From Bacteroidales bacterium (lineage in GTDB: Bacteria; Bacteroidota; Bacteroidia; Bacteroidales; WCHB1-69), in NCBI GenBank assembly GCA_016290295.1, contig JAEETJ010000004.1:10546-74545 (forward strand): a DNA stretch of 64,000 nucleotides, read 5' to 3'. The stretch's first letter is position 1, and the number at the start of each line of letters is the position of its first letter. The position numbers were made by a program, and so were the translations under genes. Positions 45,678 through 55,807 of this stretch are shown piece after piece. The notes under the pieces are model-generated. The model did no database searches. It saw only the letters and a program-made list of their open reading frames with translations, and was not told where the DNA came from.

Positions 45678-46502
45678 ATGAAAAAAATCGTTTTTTTTGC
45701 CATCACCTTATTGGCAACGTTAGTAATAATTAGTGCTTGTAAAAAAGACAACCCCACCCCCAACGAAAATAACAACACAGAGAACCCAGGCGAGGACTCG
45801 AGTTCAGATAATCCAAATTACCCATCAACAGCGATAGTCATTTCCAATGCTGTTACGGATTACGATGGCAACAAATATGATGCAGTGAAGATTGGCAATC
45901 AAGTATGGATGGCGAAGAATTTGCGCACCAAGCACTATGCAGATGGCACTCCAATACCTGCTGGTGCCAGTGGCATGATAAACTTTCGTTTTGCCCCGAA
46001 TAATAATGAAGATAATGTCCCTGAATACGGTTATCTGTATAGCTGGGAAGTAGCCATGAATTATGCAAATAGTAGCAATTCAAACCCCAGTGGAGTACAG
46101 GGAGTTTGTCCTAATGGATGGCATTTGCCAAGTGAAGCCGAATGGACTCAATTGCAAACTTATATGGGCAGTCAGTCAACCTATCACCCTGATGGTCACT
46201 CAGATTACATTGCCAAAGCTTTGGCAGCTACTTGGGGTTGGAATCAAGGTTATAATACGTATGCAGTGGGCAATGATCAAAGCGCAAATAACGCTTCAGG
46301 GTTTTCAGCTCTTCCTGCAGGTGCATGTAATTTGGGAGTATGCATCGGCTTTGGCGAACATGCAGATTTTTGGAGTTCTACATCATATCCCGACCTCGAC
46401 AACTACGCATATTTCCTTAATATCCATTGCTATAATGAAAAAGCAGCATTAGGCAATGGTAATAAGTCTATCGCAAACTCAGTTCGTTGTGTGCGTGATT
46501 AA
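45678..46502 (+). CDS. FISUMP (Fibrobacter succinogenes major paralogous) domain lipoprotein
   Basis: 274-aa ORF with lipobox VIISAC. It has GNQVWMAKNLRTKHYADGTPIP, GYLYSW, CPNGWHLPSEAEW, and a FWSST...VRCVRD ending typical of the family. Confidence 0.8.
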   Translation: MKKIVFFAITLLATLVIISACKKDNPTPNENNNTENPGEDSSSDNPNYPSTAIVISNAVTDYDGNKYDAVKIGNQVWMAKNLRTKHYADGTPIPAGASGMINFRFAPNNNEDNVPEYGYLYSWEVAMNYANSSNSNPSGVQGVCPNGWHLPSEAEWTQLQTYMGSQSTYHPDGHSDYIAKALAATWGWNQGYNTYAVGNDQSANNASGFSALPAGACNLGVCIGFGEHADFWSSTSYPDLDNYAYFLNIHCYNEKAALGNGNKSIANSVRCVRD

Positions 46503-46525
46503 CCATCCTATCATACCCTGCATAC

Positions 46526-47302
46526 TTATAAGGCTTGGCGGAGGCGGAGGAGTTTCACCAACAAATCGTGTAATTGATTCAAAGGCAGCATATTGGCTCC
46601 ATCGGACAGAGCCTTGGCAGGTTCGGGATGGGTTTCAAGGAACAAGCCATCGTAACCGACAGCTACAGCTGCTTTGGCTAAGGTTTCTATCAGGTCTGGG
46701 CGGCCACCGGTAACCCCTTTCGGCTGGTTGGGTTGCTGCAAGGAATGGGTGGCATCGAAGACCACAGGACAAGCATTACTTTTCAGTTCTTTAATACCAC
46801 GGAAATCCACCACCAAATCGGTATAGCCGAAAGTGGTGCCTCGTTCCGTAATTAACACTTGCTTATTGCCGGCTTCACGAACTTTCTCCACGGCAAATCG
46901 CATCGCCTCGGGCGACATGAACTGTCCCTTCTTAATATTGATAATTTTGCCCGTTTTCGCTGCTGCCACCAGCAAATCGGTCTGTCGGCAGAGGAAGGCC
47001 GGAATCTGCAGCACATCGGCCACCTGGGCCGCCCATGCCGCTTCCTGCTCCGTGTGGATATCTGTCACTATGGGCAGATCCAAATCAGCCTTCACCTTGG
47101 CCAACACCGCCAGTGCTTGCTCATTGCCAATGCCAGTAAACGAATGCAGCGAAGAACGGTTCGCTTTTTTATAGGAAGCCTTGAAATAGTAAGGAATTTC
47201 AAGTTCCACGCATATTTTTTTGATTTCGCGGGCAATCAGGAGAGTGATTTCTTCTCCTTCCACCACACAAGGGCCAGCGATTAAAAAGAAGGGGGTGTTC
47301 AT
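46526..47302 (-). CDS. kdsA: 3-deoxy-8-phosphooctulonate synthase
   Basis: 258-aa ORF: FFLIAGPCVVE, YFKASYKKANRSS, IPAFLCRQTDL, NIKKGQF, ERG..FGY, DATHSLQ. Confidence 0.9.
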   Translation of the reverse strand: MNTPFFLIAGPCVVEGEEITLLIAREIKKICVELEIPYYFKASYKKANRSSLHSFTGIGNEQALAVLAKVKADLDLPIVTDIHTEQEAAWAAQVADVLQIPAFLCRQTDLLVAAAKTGKIINIKKGQFMSPEAMRFAVEKVREAGNKQVLITERGTTFGYTDLVVDFRGIKELKSNACPVVFDATHSLQQPNQPKGVTGGRPDLIETLAKAAVAVGYDGLFLETHPEPAKALSDGANMLPLNQLHDLLVKLLRLRQAL

Positions 47303-47510
47303 TGCAGGTTACAGGTTACAGGTTACAGGTTGCGGAATTTAAAGTTCAGGGTTAGAAAGGTTAGGAAGGTTACAAGATTACAGGATTACAAGATTACAAG
47401 ATTACAAGATTACAGGATTACAAGATTACAGGATTACAGGATTACAGGATTTTGGATTATCAATTATCAATTGTCAATTGTCAACTGTCAATTATCAATT
47501 ATCAATTGTT
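47303..47510. repeat. 208-nt intergenic region made almost entirely of tandem 7-8-nt words (AGGTTAC x4; A(G/A)GATTAC x~10; CAATT(A/G)TC x~7)
   Basis: Direct reading. It fills the whole gap between the kdsA start and the GT2 stop. The track ORF 47330..47548 (RLQDYKITRLQDYRIT...) is an artefact of this repeat. Confidence 0.9.
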
Positions 47511-48644
47511 CTAGCTTCGGCGGGAGAATTTGGCAGCGATATAGATAAAGACGCTTATCAGCGCATAGAGCAAATCAATGAAGAAGATATGCGGAATAAT
47601 GTCTTTTTCTTTCAGTTTAGCTGCGGAAAAGCCAAAAACAAGGTATTGGCACAGCGTTTTGAAAACAAACACCGACAGGGTCGCTATCAGGAAAGGCAAT
47701 ATATACACGGAAAAACCGATACTTAGTCCCAAAAACACGAAAAACAGCAGATTCAGAACGCTATAGGCACCCAAGAGGAAACGCACACCCGGCTTATAGA
47801 AAGAGCGTGTGCTGAGATAACCCTTTTTCTCCTTGAACCAACGGCGGAAATTCACCTTGGGACGAGCGATGGTATAAGATTCGCTAAAATATTCAATATC
47901 AACATTTTTATCCGTAGCGGCACGACCAATAAAGATATCATCATCACCATATTCGATATGATTATGGGAAGCGAAACCACGCTGTTTCATAAACAGGTCC
48001 TTGGTATAAGCCAGGTTCTGTCCCTTGCCCATATACGTCATCTTGGCCAAAGAATACGAGAAATATTGTATTGCGGTTTGCAGCGAATCGAAGCGCAGCA
48101 AGCGGTTGAAGAAACCCGGCTGTTTTTCAATGGAGCAATAACCCAGCACAATCTGCTTGCCATTCACGAAATGCTTGGCCATATTCTGGAGCCAATAAGG
48201 CGAGGCGGGCATGCAATTGGCATCTGTCAACACTATCAACTTATGTTTTGCCTCCTTGATACCGATAGCCAAAGGGAACTTTTTACCTTTAATAGTTGTG
48301 ACAGAAGAGTTTAGGTCAACAAACACCAAATGAGGATACTGTTTTTGGTAATCCTCCACCACCTGTGCCGTCTCGTCATGGGAATTGTCGCTGACTACGA
48401 TGACCTCATAGTCGTTGTATTGTTGCGTAAGGATGGCAGGCAGGGTTCTGCTCAGATGATGCGCCTGATCGCACGAAGTTATGACAATTGATATAGGGTC
48501 CTGACGGTAATCTTTAATCTTTTTAGGTTTATGAAACGCAAAACGGACAAAGATAAATCCATAATACAGTATAAGGAAAAATGCTATTACAGAAAAGCAT
48601 ATCAGGAAAATAAGGGGCAGATTCAAAGGTAAGACAGTTGTCAT
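47511..48644 (-). CDS. family 2 glycosyltransferase (membrane-anchored)
   Basis: 377-aa ORF with an N-terminal TM. It has ISIVITSCDQAHHL...YEVIVVSDNSHDET and LTDANC (DxD-like), plus C-terminal TM helices. Confidence 0.75.
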   Translation of the reverse strand: MTTVLPLNLPLIFLICFSVIAFFLILYYGFIFVRFAFHKPKKIKDYRQDPISIVITSCDQAHHLSRTLPAILTQQYNDYEVIVVSDNSHDETAQVVEDYQKQYPHLVFVDLNSSVTTIKGKKFPLAIGIKEAKHKLIVLTDANCMPASPYWLQNMAKHFVNGKQIVLGYCSIEKQPGFFNRLLRFDSLQTAIQYFSYSLAKMTYMGKGQNLAYTKDLFMKQRGFASHNHIEYGDDDIFIGRAATDKNVDIEYFSESYTIARPKVNFRRWFKEKKGYLSTRSFYKPGVRFLLGAYSVLNLLFFVFLGLSIGFSVYILPFLIATLSVFVFKTLCQYLVFGFSAAKLKEKDIIPHIFFIDLLYALISVFIYIAAKFSRRS

Positions 48645-48724
48645 ATATTGATGTTAATATTAAATACAAAAATATTTTAAAGTTTAGGATTTTTGATGTA
48701 TTTTTGCCGAAATTTACTAACAAA

Positions 48725-49858
48725 ATGCAGTTTATAATTCAACATACTGACCCCAAAAGCTCTGCCCGTGCCGGTTTAATCCATACCGACCATGGTGACA
48801 TTGAAACCCCCATTTTCATGCCTGTAGGCACCGTAGGAGCTGTTAAAGCCGTACATATCAAGAATGTACGGGAAGACATCAAAGCCCAAATCATTCTTGG
48901 CAACACTTATCACTTATACTTACGTCCCGGACTTGAGGTACTTGAAGCCGCCGGTGGCCTACACCGATTCAACGGCTGGGACAGACCGATACTGACTGAC
49001 AGTGGCGGTTACCAGGTATTTTCATTGAGTGCCCGACGCAAAATCAACGCCGAGGAAGGCGTTTGGTTCCAGTCGCACATCGATGGCTCGCGACACCTGT
49101 TCAGTCCCGAGAAAGTAATGGACATTGAGCGCAGCATCGGTGCTGACATCGTCATGGCGTTTGATGAATGCACCCCCTACCCTTGCGACCATGCTTACGC
49201 AGAACAGTCGATGAAAATCACCCACGGCTGGTTGGAGCGTTGCTGCAAGCGTTTTGACGAAACAGAGCCGAAATACGGCTATTCCCAGACCCTGTTTCCC
49301 ATTGTGCAGGGCAGCGTATTCCCCGAACTTCGCAAACGTTCTGCGGAGTTCATTAGCTCGATGAACCGTGAGGGCAATGCCATCGGCGGTGTGTCCGTCG
49401 GCGAGCCCACCGACCTGATGTACGAAATCACGGAATTGTGCTGCCAGCTGCTGCCCAAGGACAAGCCCCGTTACCTGATGGGCGTAGGCACTCCCGCCAA
49501 CATCATTGAGGGCATTTCCATGGGCGTGGATATGTTCGACTGCGTGATGCCCACCCGCAACGGCCGAAACGGCATGATTTTCACCTGGGATGGCATCATG
49601 AACATGCGCAACGAAAAGTGGAAGAACGACTTTACCCCGATAGACGCCAACAGCGACCTGTTCGCCGACCGCGAATACACCCGCGCCTACCTGCGCCACA
49701 TGTACGTGGCTGACGAGATTTTAGGCCCTATGATTGGCAGCATCCACAACCTGCACTTCTATCTGGACTTGGTGAAGACCGCCAGAAAGCACATCGCCGA
49801 CGGCACTTTCGCCAGTTGGAAGAATGAGATTTTACCAAGGATTTCGCAGAGACTGTAA
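48725..49858 (+). CDS. tgt: tRNA-guanosine(34) transglycosylase
   Basis: The ORF is trimmed to MQFIIQHTD. It has ARAGLIHTDHGDIETPIFMPVGT, LTDSGGYQVFSL, and the zinc site region DCVMPTRNGRNG. Confidence 0.9.
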   Translation: MQFIIQHTDPKSSARAGLIHTDHGDIETPIFMPVGTVGAVKAVHIKNVREDIKAQIILGNTYHLYLRPGLEVLEAAGGLHRFNGWDRPILTDSGGYQVFSLSARRKINAEEGVWFQSHIDGSRHLFSPEKVMDIERSIGADIVMAFDECTPYPCDHAYAEQSMKITHGWLERCCKRFDETEPKYGYSQTLFPIVQGSVFPELRKRSAEFISSMNREGNAIGGVSVGEPTDLMYEITELCCQLLPKDKPRYLMGVGTPANIIEGISMGVDMFDCVMPTRNGRNGMIFTWDGIMNMRNEKWKNDFTPIDANSDLFADREYTRAYLRHMYVADEILGPMIGSIHNLHFYLDLVKTARKHIADGTFASWKNEILPRISQRL

Positions 49859-49871
49859 GAGACGTGAAGAC

Positions 49872-50012
49872 GGGGGAGTGACGCACTGCGTGCGTCAAAG
49901 GGGAGTCTCGCACTATGTGCTCGAGGGGAGTCGCGGGCTGCGCCCTTGAGGGGAGTCTCACACTGCGTGTTCGAGGGGAGTTTCGCTACGCTCAAGGGGA
50001 GTTGTTAAATGT
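49872..50012 (+). repeat. five tandem GGGGAG + short hairpin units (~25-28 nt each)
   Basis: gggggagtGACGCACtgcGTGCGTCaaaggggagtctcgcactatgtgctcgaggggagtcgcGGGCtgcGCCCttgaggggagtctcACACtgcGTGTtcgaggggagtttcgctacgctcaaggggag. It lies directly after the tgt stop. Confidence 0.85.
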
Positions 50013-50042
50013 GACGCAGCATCTTACCTTTTAGCTCCATAG

Positions 50043-53000
50043 CTATTTTTTGATAAACTTGGAAACGGAAAAATGCATATCGGTGGTGAGGATGCGTACG
50101 AAGTATAGTCCGCTGGCCAGACTGTTGACGTTGAGGGTGCTCAGTTGCTCGGCCTGTCCGTTATAGCTCATGATCTGGCGACCACTCAAGTCGTAGATCA
50201 CGATTTGCTGTACCGGCTCAGAACTTTGCACATAAAGCATACCCGTGGTGGGGTTGGGGAACACACTGAAAAGTATCTCCTCGCGGGTCGCAACACCTAC
50301 ATTGTCGTCCATGTCCTCCACACATAGGGTGCCCATGCCGGGGAGTACAATGTTGTCCACCCAAGCACAGTCGCTACCATCGATGACACCAGAGTCCTTC
50401 CGATAGCTAAATCTGAAGGTGTGCGTGCCTGAACTGACCGGGAAAGAAGCCTGTGACCAATCGGTGGAACCCGTTTGGCTATCCATCTCAGTATTGTCAA
50501 TGTAAAATTTAAAGAAGTCATAGCCATCCTCAGAAGAAACTTTGCGGAAATAGGAGATGTTTGCAGAGGGGGAACAGTTGACTGTGATGAAGAATTCAGA
50601 TTGGTCGTTGTCGGCCAAGTCCTGTTTGGAACGGATGCAGTAGTTGCCAGCATAGGCTTGCTCATTGGTAACAAACCAAGGGTTATTGTTGGTTTGCCAT
50701 GGGAAAGCGGTCAGATTACCTGTCTCGAAGGTTTCCATAACAGTACCAACAGTCAAGTAGATGGTGTCCACGATGATGTCCTGTCCTACCACACATTTCA
50801 CGTAGAGTGGTACAGTTGTCATGTCCGGAACAGAGGCACCGATTGACACTTGATACTGGGCAGTTGCAGAGGTGCCAGCAGGCAATACCGAGATATTCTG
50901 GGCTGGGGTATTCACGGTCACCAAGCTGTAATGGCTGGTGAGGTGCAGAGCGGCATTGGTCAATGGGCAATGGCCGATGTTGGAGTAGGTCACTGTCACA
51001 TTGGCCATGTCACCTGGAGCGAATGATGCAGTGCCATTCGTGTTCTGAAGGGCCACATTCGCAATGGAAAATATCGGAGTCACAACCATTATCGTGAAAT
51101 ACTTGGTGGTGGTCTCATTGCCGAAGGTGGTAGTAATGACAAAAGGAATCTCGTCGCCATCCCGGGCATCCGCAGGCAACACGATGGTGAAAGCATTATT
51201 GTGCGTGCTGGTGGCGTCAGCGGCGATGCTGTTGTCGCTCACGCTGTTTTGGAGGATGGTGACACCAGGATAGTTGCTGCTGAGCGTGGTGGTCACATTG
51301 GAGGCTGTAGCTACACCGTAGTTAGTCAAGGCCACATCCATATAAACAGTGGAGCCTGGTTGCGGAACACTCTGCTCCGACAAGGAAAAAGAAGAAACGG
51401 CCACAAAGGGGCCCGTCGGGGCAATGACCTGCACAGTCTTGAAGAATTGGATGTGGTTTTGTGCCGATACTGCCAACTCATAATTCCCCGTGATGTTGAC
51501 AGCGCTGAAGGTGAGGCTGGCATAACCGGAAGCATCCGTGAAGGCGGCTGCTATCAACTCGTTGTTGTAGGTCAGGGCCACGTAGGCGTAGGGCACGGTT
51601 TGTACGTCATAGCTGGTGCTGCCCACCAAGAGAAACTCGTCGGAGTTGACGGTCAAGTTGGATGGAATGCCCAAATAGGGTTTCAGGGAAGGGTCGCCCA
51701 TCAGGTGGTAAACCTCCCAGTAGTAAAGCTTTAGATCTGAGCTTGAGCCTTCCACCGCCAGATCTCCGGCAGTCATGTAGCCCGCGATGCTGGTGACCCA
51801 GGCATCGTGATTCTCGCCGTGCGTGTGGAAGATTCTGTCGTAGGCACCCAGATGGTTGGCATTGTATGTCGGGGTGGAGTCTATGGTGCTGCGGAAGCCG
51901 ACAGACCAGTAAAAGTCCTCATCCCAATAAGTGATGTCGGAACCGCCGATATAGCCGACAGCCCCTTTGTCGGGGACACGCAAGAGCATTTCGGCAAAAC
52001 ACTCAGGGTCTCCAAAGGTGCAGGACAGACAGCAGTTCCCGATCATAAAACCGTATTTGTCGGCATTGTTCATATATGGCACGTGGTCACAGGTGAACGC
52101 GGGCTCGTTCCAGCCGTATCCAGAGCCGTGTGCCGTGTAGTTGATCCAACCACATCCGGAGCTGATCTCCTGACGGATGATCGAAGCCTGGCTGGAGCAG
52201 TCATACAAATGCTTGTACACCGTGGTGTAGTTGTGCGTGGCGGAGGTGGTGTTAACGTAATTGTCAAAGATGTAGTTGATCTGACCGTTGAGATGGGTGG
52301 GGGCCCAGATGTCGTCGTTGCCGGCAATCAACACGGCCTTGCCCAGATAGGACGGGTCCGGCATCGTATATTGCTCGTACATCAATGTCTTCTCAATTTG
52401 CGGAAGCAGTTGGTTGATGTTCTGAGCCGAGAAACGACCGTAGTAGCAGTCCGGCAGATGGTCGCCGCTGGTCCAAGTGGCATAGTGCAAGTCCGTCTTG
52501 TGGTTCTGAGTGCCCGTGAATGCGGGTATCTGTTCGACATCGCCGACGAGCAGGACAAAGGTGGGGGCGGGGTTCTCGGCCGTGGCGTTGGTGTACTTCG
52601 TCCGGATATAGTTACTGATGGCCGTGGTCGTGGTGCCTATAGTGTTCGTGTAGGCGACTTCCACAAGATAGCCGATACGCTTTTTCCAGTTGACGAAAGA
52701 CATCAGTTGCTCGTTGTTGGCAAACATATCGTGGGCAATGATCAGATACTTGATGGGAGTGATGTTGAACTCGCTACGCATGTTCATTGGGTTGATGACG
52801 GCCTCCTTGGCAGCATGGAACAACGGACTGTAGTATTTGTTCTTCATCTCCATGGTAGCCGGAATGTTGGCATTCTCGTAAGTAATCTCCACTTCGATAC
52901 GGCTATATACCCTAATCTTGTTCGTGACAGGATTGTAGGCTACAGGACTCACCACCACATTGGCCATATTCACGTCTCGCATGGTGCCGATTTTGTGGGC

Positions 53001-53450
53001 AGTGACCACCTCCGGCTGAGAGGTGTAGAATGCATCGGTGCGATAAACGGCTTCGTTCTTGCTAAAGGTACGTTCTCCCGTATAGGACTTGGAATAGTTC
53101 TGTTGGCAGGGCATCACCGGATAGAGCACATTCAAGGCAGCAGCATCGTATTCCACGTAGTCTGCCGACACAATATGGACGTTGACCTCGTCGCATAAGG
53201 GAATCTCAATCAACTTGGTGAGTTCCGGCAATGACGGGAAACCCACTTTCGTGGAGTTGTCGTAGCCATCCATGATGAGGGAAGAATAGCGGGCGTCTCC
53301 GACTTTCACCGCACTGCTCTGTAATTTGGGCGTATTGAACACAATGGAAAGATTGTTTATCGTGTTCTGCTGGAGTGTGTAGTTCTGTGTCTGTGCACTC
53401 GAAAAGAGAACTCCAATCAGCAAAATACAGAATAATAATATTTTTTTCAT
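50043..53450 (-). CDS. peptidase C25 (gingipain-family) protease paralog, T9SS cargo
   Basis: The ORF is trimmed to MKKILLFCILLIG. It has NYTAHGSGYGW and YGFMIGNCCLSC catalytic regions. Long blocks are collinear with the 17108..20929 protein (FVNWKKRIGYLVEVAYT, PDCYYGRFSAQN, QIEKTLMYEQYTMPDPSYL). The T9SS CTD reads FSVFPNPTTGMLYVQ...LYFVRILTTDMHFSVSKFIKK. Confidence 0.85.
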   Translation of the reverse strand: MKKILLFCILLIGVLFSSAQTQNYTLQQNTINNLSIVFNTPKLQSSAVKVGDARYSSLIMDGYDNSTKVGFPSLPELTKLIEIPLCDEVNVHIVSADYVEYDAAALNVLYPVMPCQQNYSKSYTGERTFSKNEAVYRTDAFYTSQPEVVTAHKIGTMRDVNMANVVVSPVAYNPVTNKIRVYSRIEVEITYENANIPATMEMKNKYYSPLFHAAKEAVINPMNMRSEFNITPIKYLIIAHDMFANNEQLMSFVNWKKRIGYLVEVAYTNTIGTTTTAISNYIRTKYTNATAENPAPTFVLLVGDVEQIPAFTGTQNHKTDLHYATWTSGDHLPDCYYGRFSAQNINQLLPQIEKTLMYEQYTMPDPSYLGKAVLIAGNDDIWAPTHLNGQINYIFDNYVNTTSATHNYTTVYKHLYDCSSQASIIRQEISSGCGWINYTAHGSGYGWNEPAFTCDHVPYMNNADKYGFMIGNCCLSCTFGDPECFAEMLLRVPDKGAVGYIGGSDITYWDEDFYWSVGFRSTIDSTPTYNANHLGAYDRIFHTHGENHDAWVTSIAGYMTAGDLAVEGSSSDLKLYYWEVYHLMGDPSLKPYLGIPSNLTVNSDEFLLVGSTSYDVQTVPYAYVALTYNNELIAAAFTDASGYASLTFSAVNITGNYELAVSAQNHIQFFKTVQVIAPTGPFVAVSSFSLSEQSVPQPGSTVYMDVALTNYGVATASNVTTTLSSNYPGVTILQNSVSDNSIAADATSTHNNAFTIVLPADARDGDEIPFVITTTFGNETTTKYFTIMVVTPIFSIANVALQNTNGTASFAPGDMANVTVTYSNIGHCPLTNAALHLTSHYSLVTVNTPAQNISVLPAGTSATAQYQVSIGASVPDMTTVPLYVKCVVGQDIIVDTIYLTVGTVMETFETGNLTAFPWQTNNNPWFVTNEQAYAGNYCIRSKQDLADNDQSEFFITVNCSPSANISYFRKVSSEDGYDFFKFYIDNTEMDSQTGSTDWSQASFPVSSGTHTFRFSYRKDSGVIDGSDCAWVDNIVLPGMGTLCVEDMDDNVGVATREEILFSVFPNPTTGMLYVQSSEPVQQIVIYDLSGRQIMSYNGQAEQLSTLNVNSLASGLYFVRILTTDMHFSVSKFIKK

Positions 53451-53758
53451 TTTACAATTTTCTTTAATATGGCAATAATTTTGAGAAATAATATCCATTA
53501 TGTCTGCAAAAGTAACAAATTATCCAACACATTGGGCTTTTTTTTGAAAATTTTCCAGCAGCATAAGTACAACTAATTTTTCTTTTTACAATGTTTCAAA
53601 GAAAAAAAATTCTAAAACTTACCTCCTTCAATTCGGCAGAAATGACTAATTTTGCCACCGCAAAAAAACACAGAAAACACACCGTGATTTTGCAAAATCA
53701 AAACACTAAATTAACCCTGTTAAACTATTAATTGTTAACCATCAATTATCAACTATAA

Positions 53759-55807
53759 ATGATCGTTTGTATCGCTGAAAAACCAAGTGTCGCCAGGGAA
53801 ATCGCCAATGTGCTCGGTGCCAAGCAGTCGCACGACGGCTACATCGAGGGCAACGGCTATCAGGTGACCTGGACCTTCGGACACCTGTGTACGCTGAAGG
53901 AGCCGCACGACTACACCTCGATGTGGAAGCAGTGGTCGCTCAGCAGTCTGCCCATGGTGCCTCCCAAATTCGGCATCAAACTCATTGACAGTCCCTCCAT
54001 CAAAAAACAGTTCGGCATTATTGAAGGATTAATGCAGAAAGCCGACCGCATCGTCAACTGCGGTGATGCCGGCCAGGAAGGTGAGCTGATACAGCGCTGG
54101 GTGATGCAGAAAGCCCGTGTCAACTGCCCCGTAGATCGACTATGGATTTCCTCATTGACGGAAGAGTCTATCCGTGAGGGTTTTAAGCAGCTCAAAGAGC
54201 AATCCAACTACCAGCCGTTGTATGAGGCGGGACTGTCGCGCGCCATCGGTGACTGGCTTTTGGGCATGAACGCCACCAGACTCTATACCCTCAAATACGG
54301 CAAAGACCGGCAGGTGCTATCCATCGGCAGGGTGCAGACCCCTACCCTCGCCCTTATCGTGAAGCGCTACCATGAAATACAGAATTTCAAGCCCACCGCC
54401 TATTGGGTGCTGTCCACCATATATCGCGACACCACCTTCACCGCCACCAAGGGCAAGTACCAGTCGGTGGAAGAAGGCCAAGAAGATTTGCAACGCATTA
54501 TCGGTAAAGAGTTTACCATTACCGACATCAGCACCAAGAAAGGCAAGGAGGCACCACCCAGACTTTACGACCTCACTTCTTTGCAGGTGGAGTGCAACAA
54601 GAAATACGGTTTCTCGGCAGAGCAGACCCTGCAGCTGATTCAGAGTTTATACGAGAAAAAACTGACCACCTACCCCCGTGTGGATACCACCTACCTCAGC
54701 GACGATATCTACCCCAAATGCCCTGGCATCCTGAAAGGCATCACAAACTACAGCGCATTGACAGCACCTTTGTTAGGCAAGAAGCTGCCCAAAAGCAAGA
54801 AAGTGTTCGACAACAGCAAGGTCAGCGACCACCATGCCATCATTCCCACGGGACTGAACCCAAAATCGCCGCTGCCGGCTCAGGAAGCTTGTGTTTACGA
54901 CGAGGTTTGCCGCCATTTTATCGCCGTTTTCTATCCCGATTGTGTGTTTTCCAACACCAATGTGACTGGTATCGTGGAAGAAGTGCAGTTCAAGACCACG
55001 GGCAAGCAGATTCTCGACCCTGGATGGAGAGTGGTCATCAAGGCAGAAGCCCCTTCGGGCAAAGACAAAAGCGAGGCCAAGGCCGACAGCAAGAGCAAAG
55101 CCAAGGGCAGTGACGACGAGGATGAGGAAAACAAGAACGAGGAACGGGTGTTGCCCTTATTTGTCAAGGGAGAGCACGGCCCCCACGAACCAACCCTGAG
55201 CGAGAAATGGACCAAGCCGCCCAAGCCATACACCGAAGCCACCTTGCTGCGGGCCATGGAAACGGCTGGCAAGACCGTAGACGACGAGAGTCTGCGCGAG
55301 GTGATGAAAGAGAACGGCATTGGCCGTCCCTCTACCCGTGCAGCCATCATTGAGACGCTATTCAAACGCAACTATATCAAGAAGATACGCAAAAGTCTGG
55401 AACCCACCCCAACGGGCATTGAACTGATTAGCCTGATTCGTGAGGAACTGCTCAAAAGTGCTGAATTGACGGGCATTTGGGAAAAGAAGCTGCGACAGAT
55501 TGAGCAGAAGCAGTACTCCGCCCAGCAGTTCATTGATGAGCTCAAGCAGATGGTAAACGACATTGTGCTGCAGGTATTGCGCGATGACAGTGACCGCCGT
55601 AAGATTGCCACCCCGTCCTCTTCTGCCATCAACAGCAACAACAGCGGCAGCAACAATAGTAGCAATGCCTCCGCTGCCGACAGTATTATCGGCCAGCCCT
55701 GTCCGCTGTGTGGCAAGGGACGCATTATCAAAGGCCGTACAGCATACGGCTGTTCGGAGTGGAAGAGCGGGTGCGGGTGGAGAAAAGCGTTTAAAGTTGA
55801 AAACTGA
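53759..55807 (+). CDS. topB: DNA topoisomerase III
   Basis: 682-aa ORF. It has a Toprim N-terminus (MIVCIAEKPSVAREIA), the catalytic Tyr region (TYPRVDTTYLS), and a C-terminal zinc-ribbon-like CPLCGKG...YGCSEWKSGC. Confidence 0.85.
   Translation: MIVCIAEKPSVAREIANVLGAKQSHDGYIEGNGYQVTWTFGHLCTLKEPHDYTSMWKQWSLSSLPMVPPKFGIKLIDSPSIKKQFGIIEGLMQKADRIVNCGDAGQEGELIQRWVMQKARVNCPVDRLWISSLTEESIREGFKQLKEQSNYQPLYEAGLSRAIGDWLLGMNATRLYTLKYGKDRQVLSIGRVQTPTLALIVKRYHEIQNFKPTAYWVLSTIYRDTTFTATKGKYQSVEEGQEDLQRIIGKEFTITDISTKKGKEAPPRLYDLTSLQVECNKKYGFSAEQTLQLIQSLYEKKLTTYPRVDTTYLSDDIYPKCPGILKGITNYSALTAPLLGKKLPKSKKVFDNSKVSDHHAIIPTGLNPKSPLPAQEACVYDEVCRHFIAVFYPDCVFSNTNVTGIVEEVQFKTTGKQILDPGWRVVIKAEAPSGKDKSEAKADSKSKAKGSDDEDEENKNEERVLPLFVKGEHGPHEPTLSEKWTKPPKPYTEATLLRAMETAGKTVDDESLREVMKENGIGRPSTRAAIIETLFKRNYIKKIRKSLEPTPTGIELISLIREELLKSAELTGIWEKKLRQIEQKQYSAQQFIDELKQMVNDIVLQVLRDDSDRRKIATPSSSAINSNNSGSNNSSNASAADSIIGQPCPLCGKGRIIKGRTAYGCSEWKSGCGWRKAFKVEN

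Noticed and set aside
47330-47548. A 72-aa ORF encoding RLQDYKITRLQDYRITRLQDYRIT.
   Set aside because: It is an artefact of translating the AAGATTAC/AGGATTAC tandem array in the kdsA/GT2 spacer.
51807-53198. A 463-aa plus-strand ORF, plus other long ORFs at 50475-51734, lying inside the second C25 protease gene.
   Set aside because: These are shadow ORFs antisense to a gene with clear C25 catalytic and T9SS CTD signatures. Their translations are Gly/Val/Arg-rich low-complexity sequence with no motifs.
17108-53450. A diversity-generating retroelement or template/variable repeat relationship between the two C25 paralogs.
   Set aside because: There is no reverse transcriptase or Avd-like gene in the window. 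The divergence is spread along the whole proteins rather than being adenine-specific in a short C-terminal tract.
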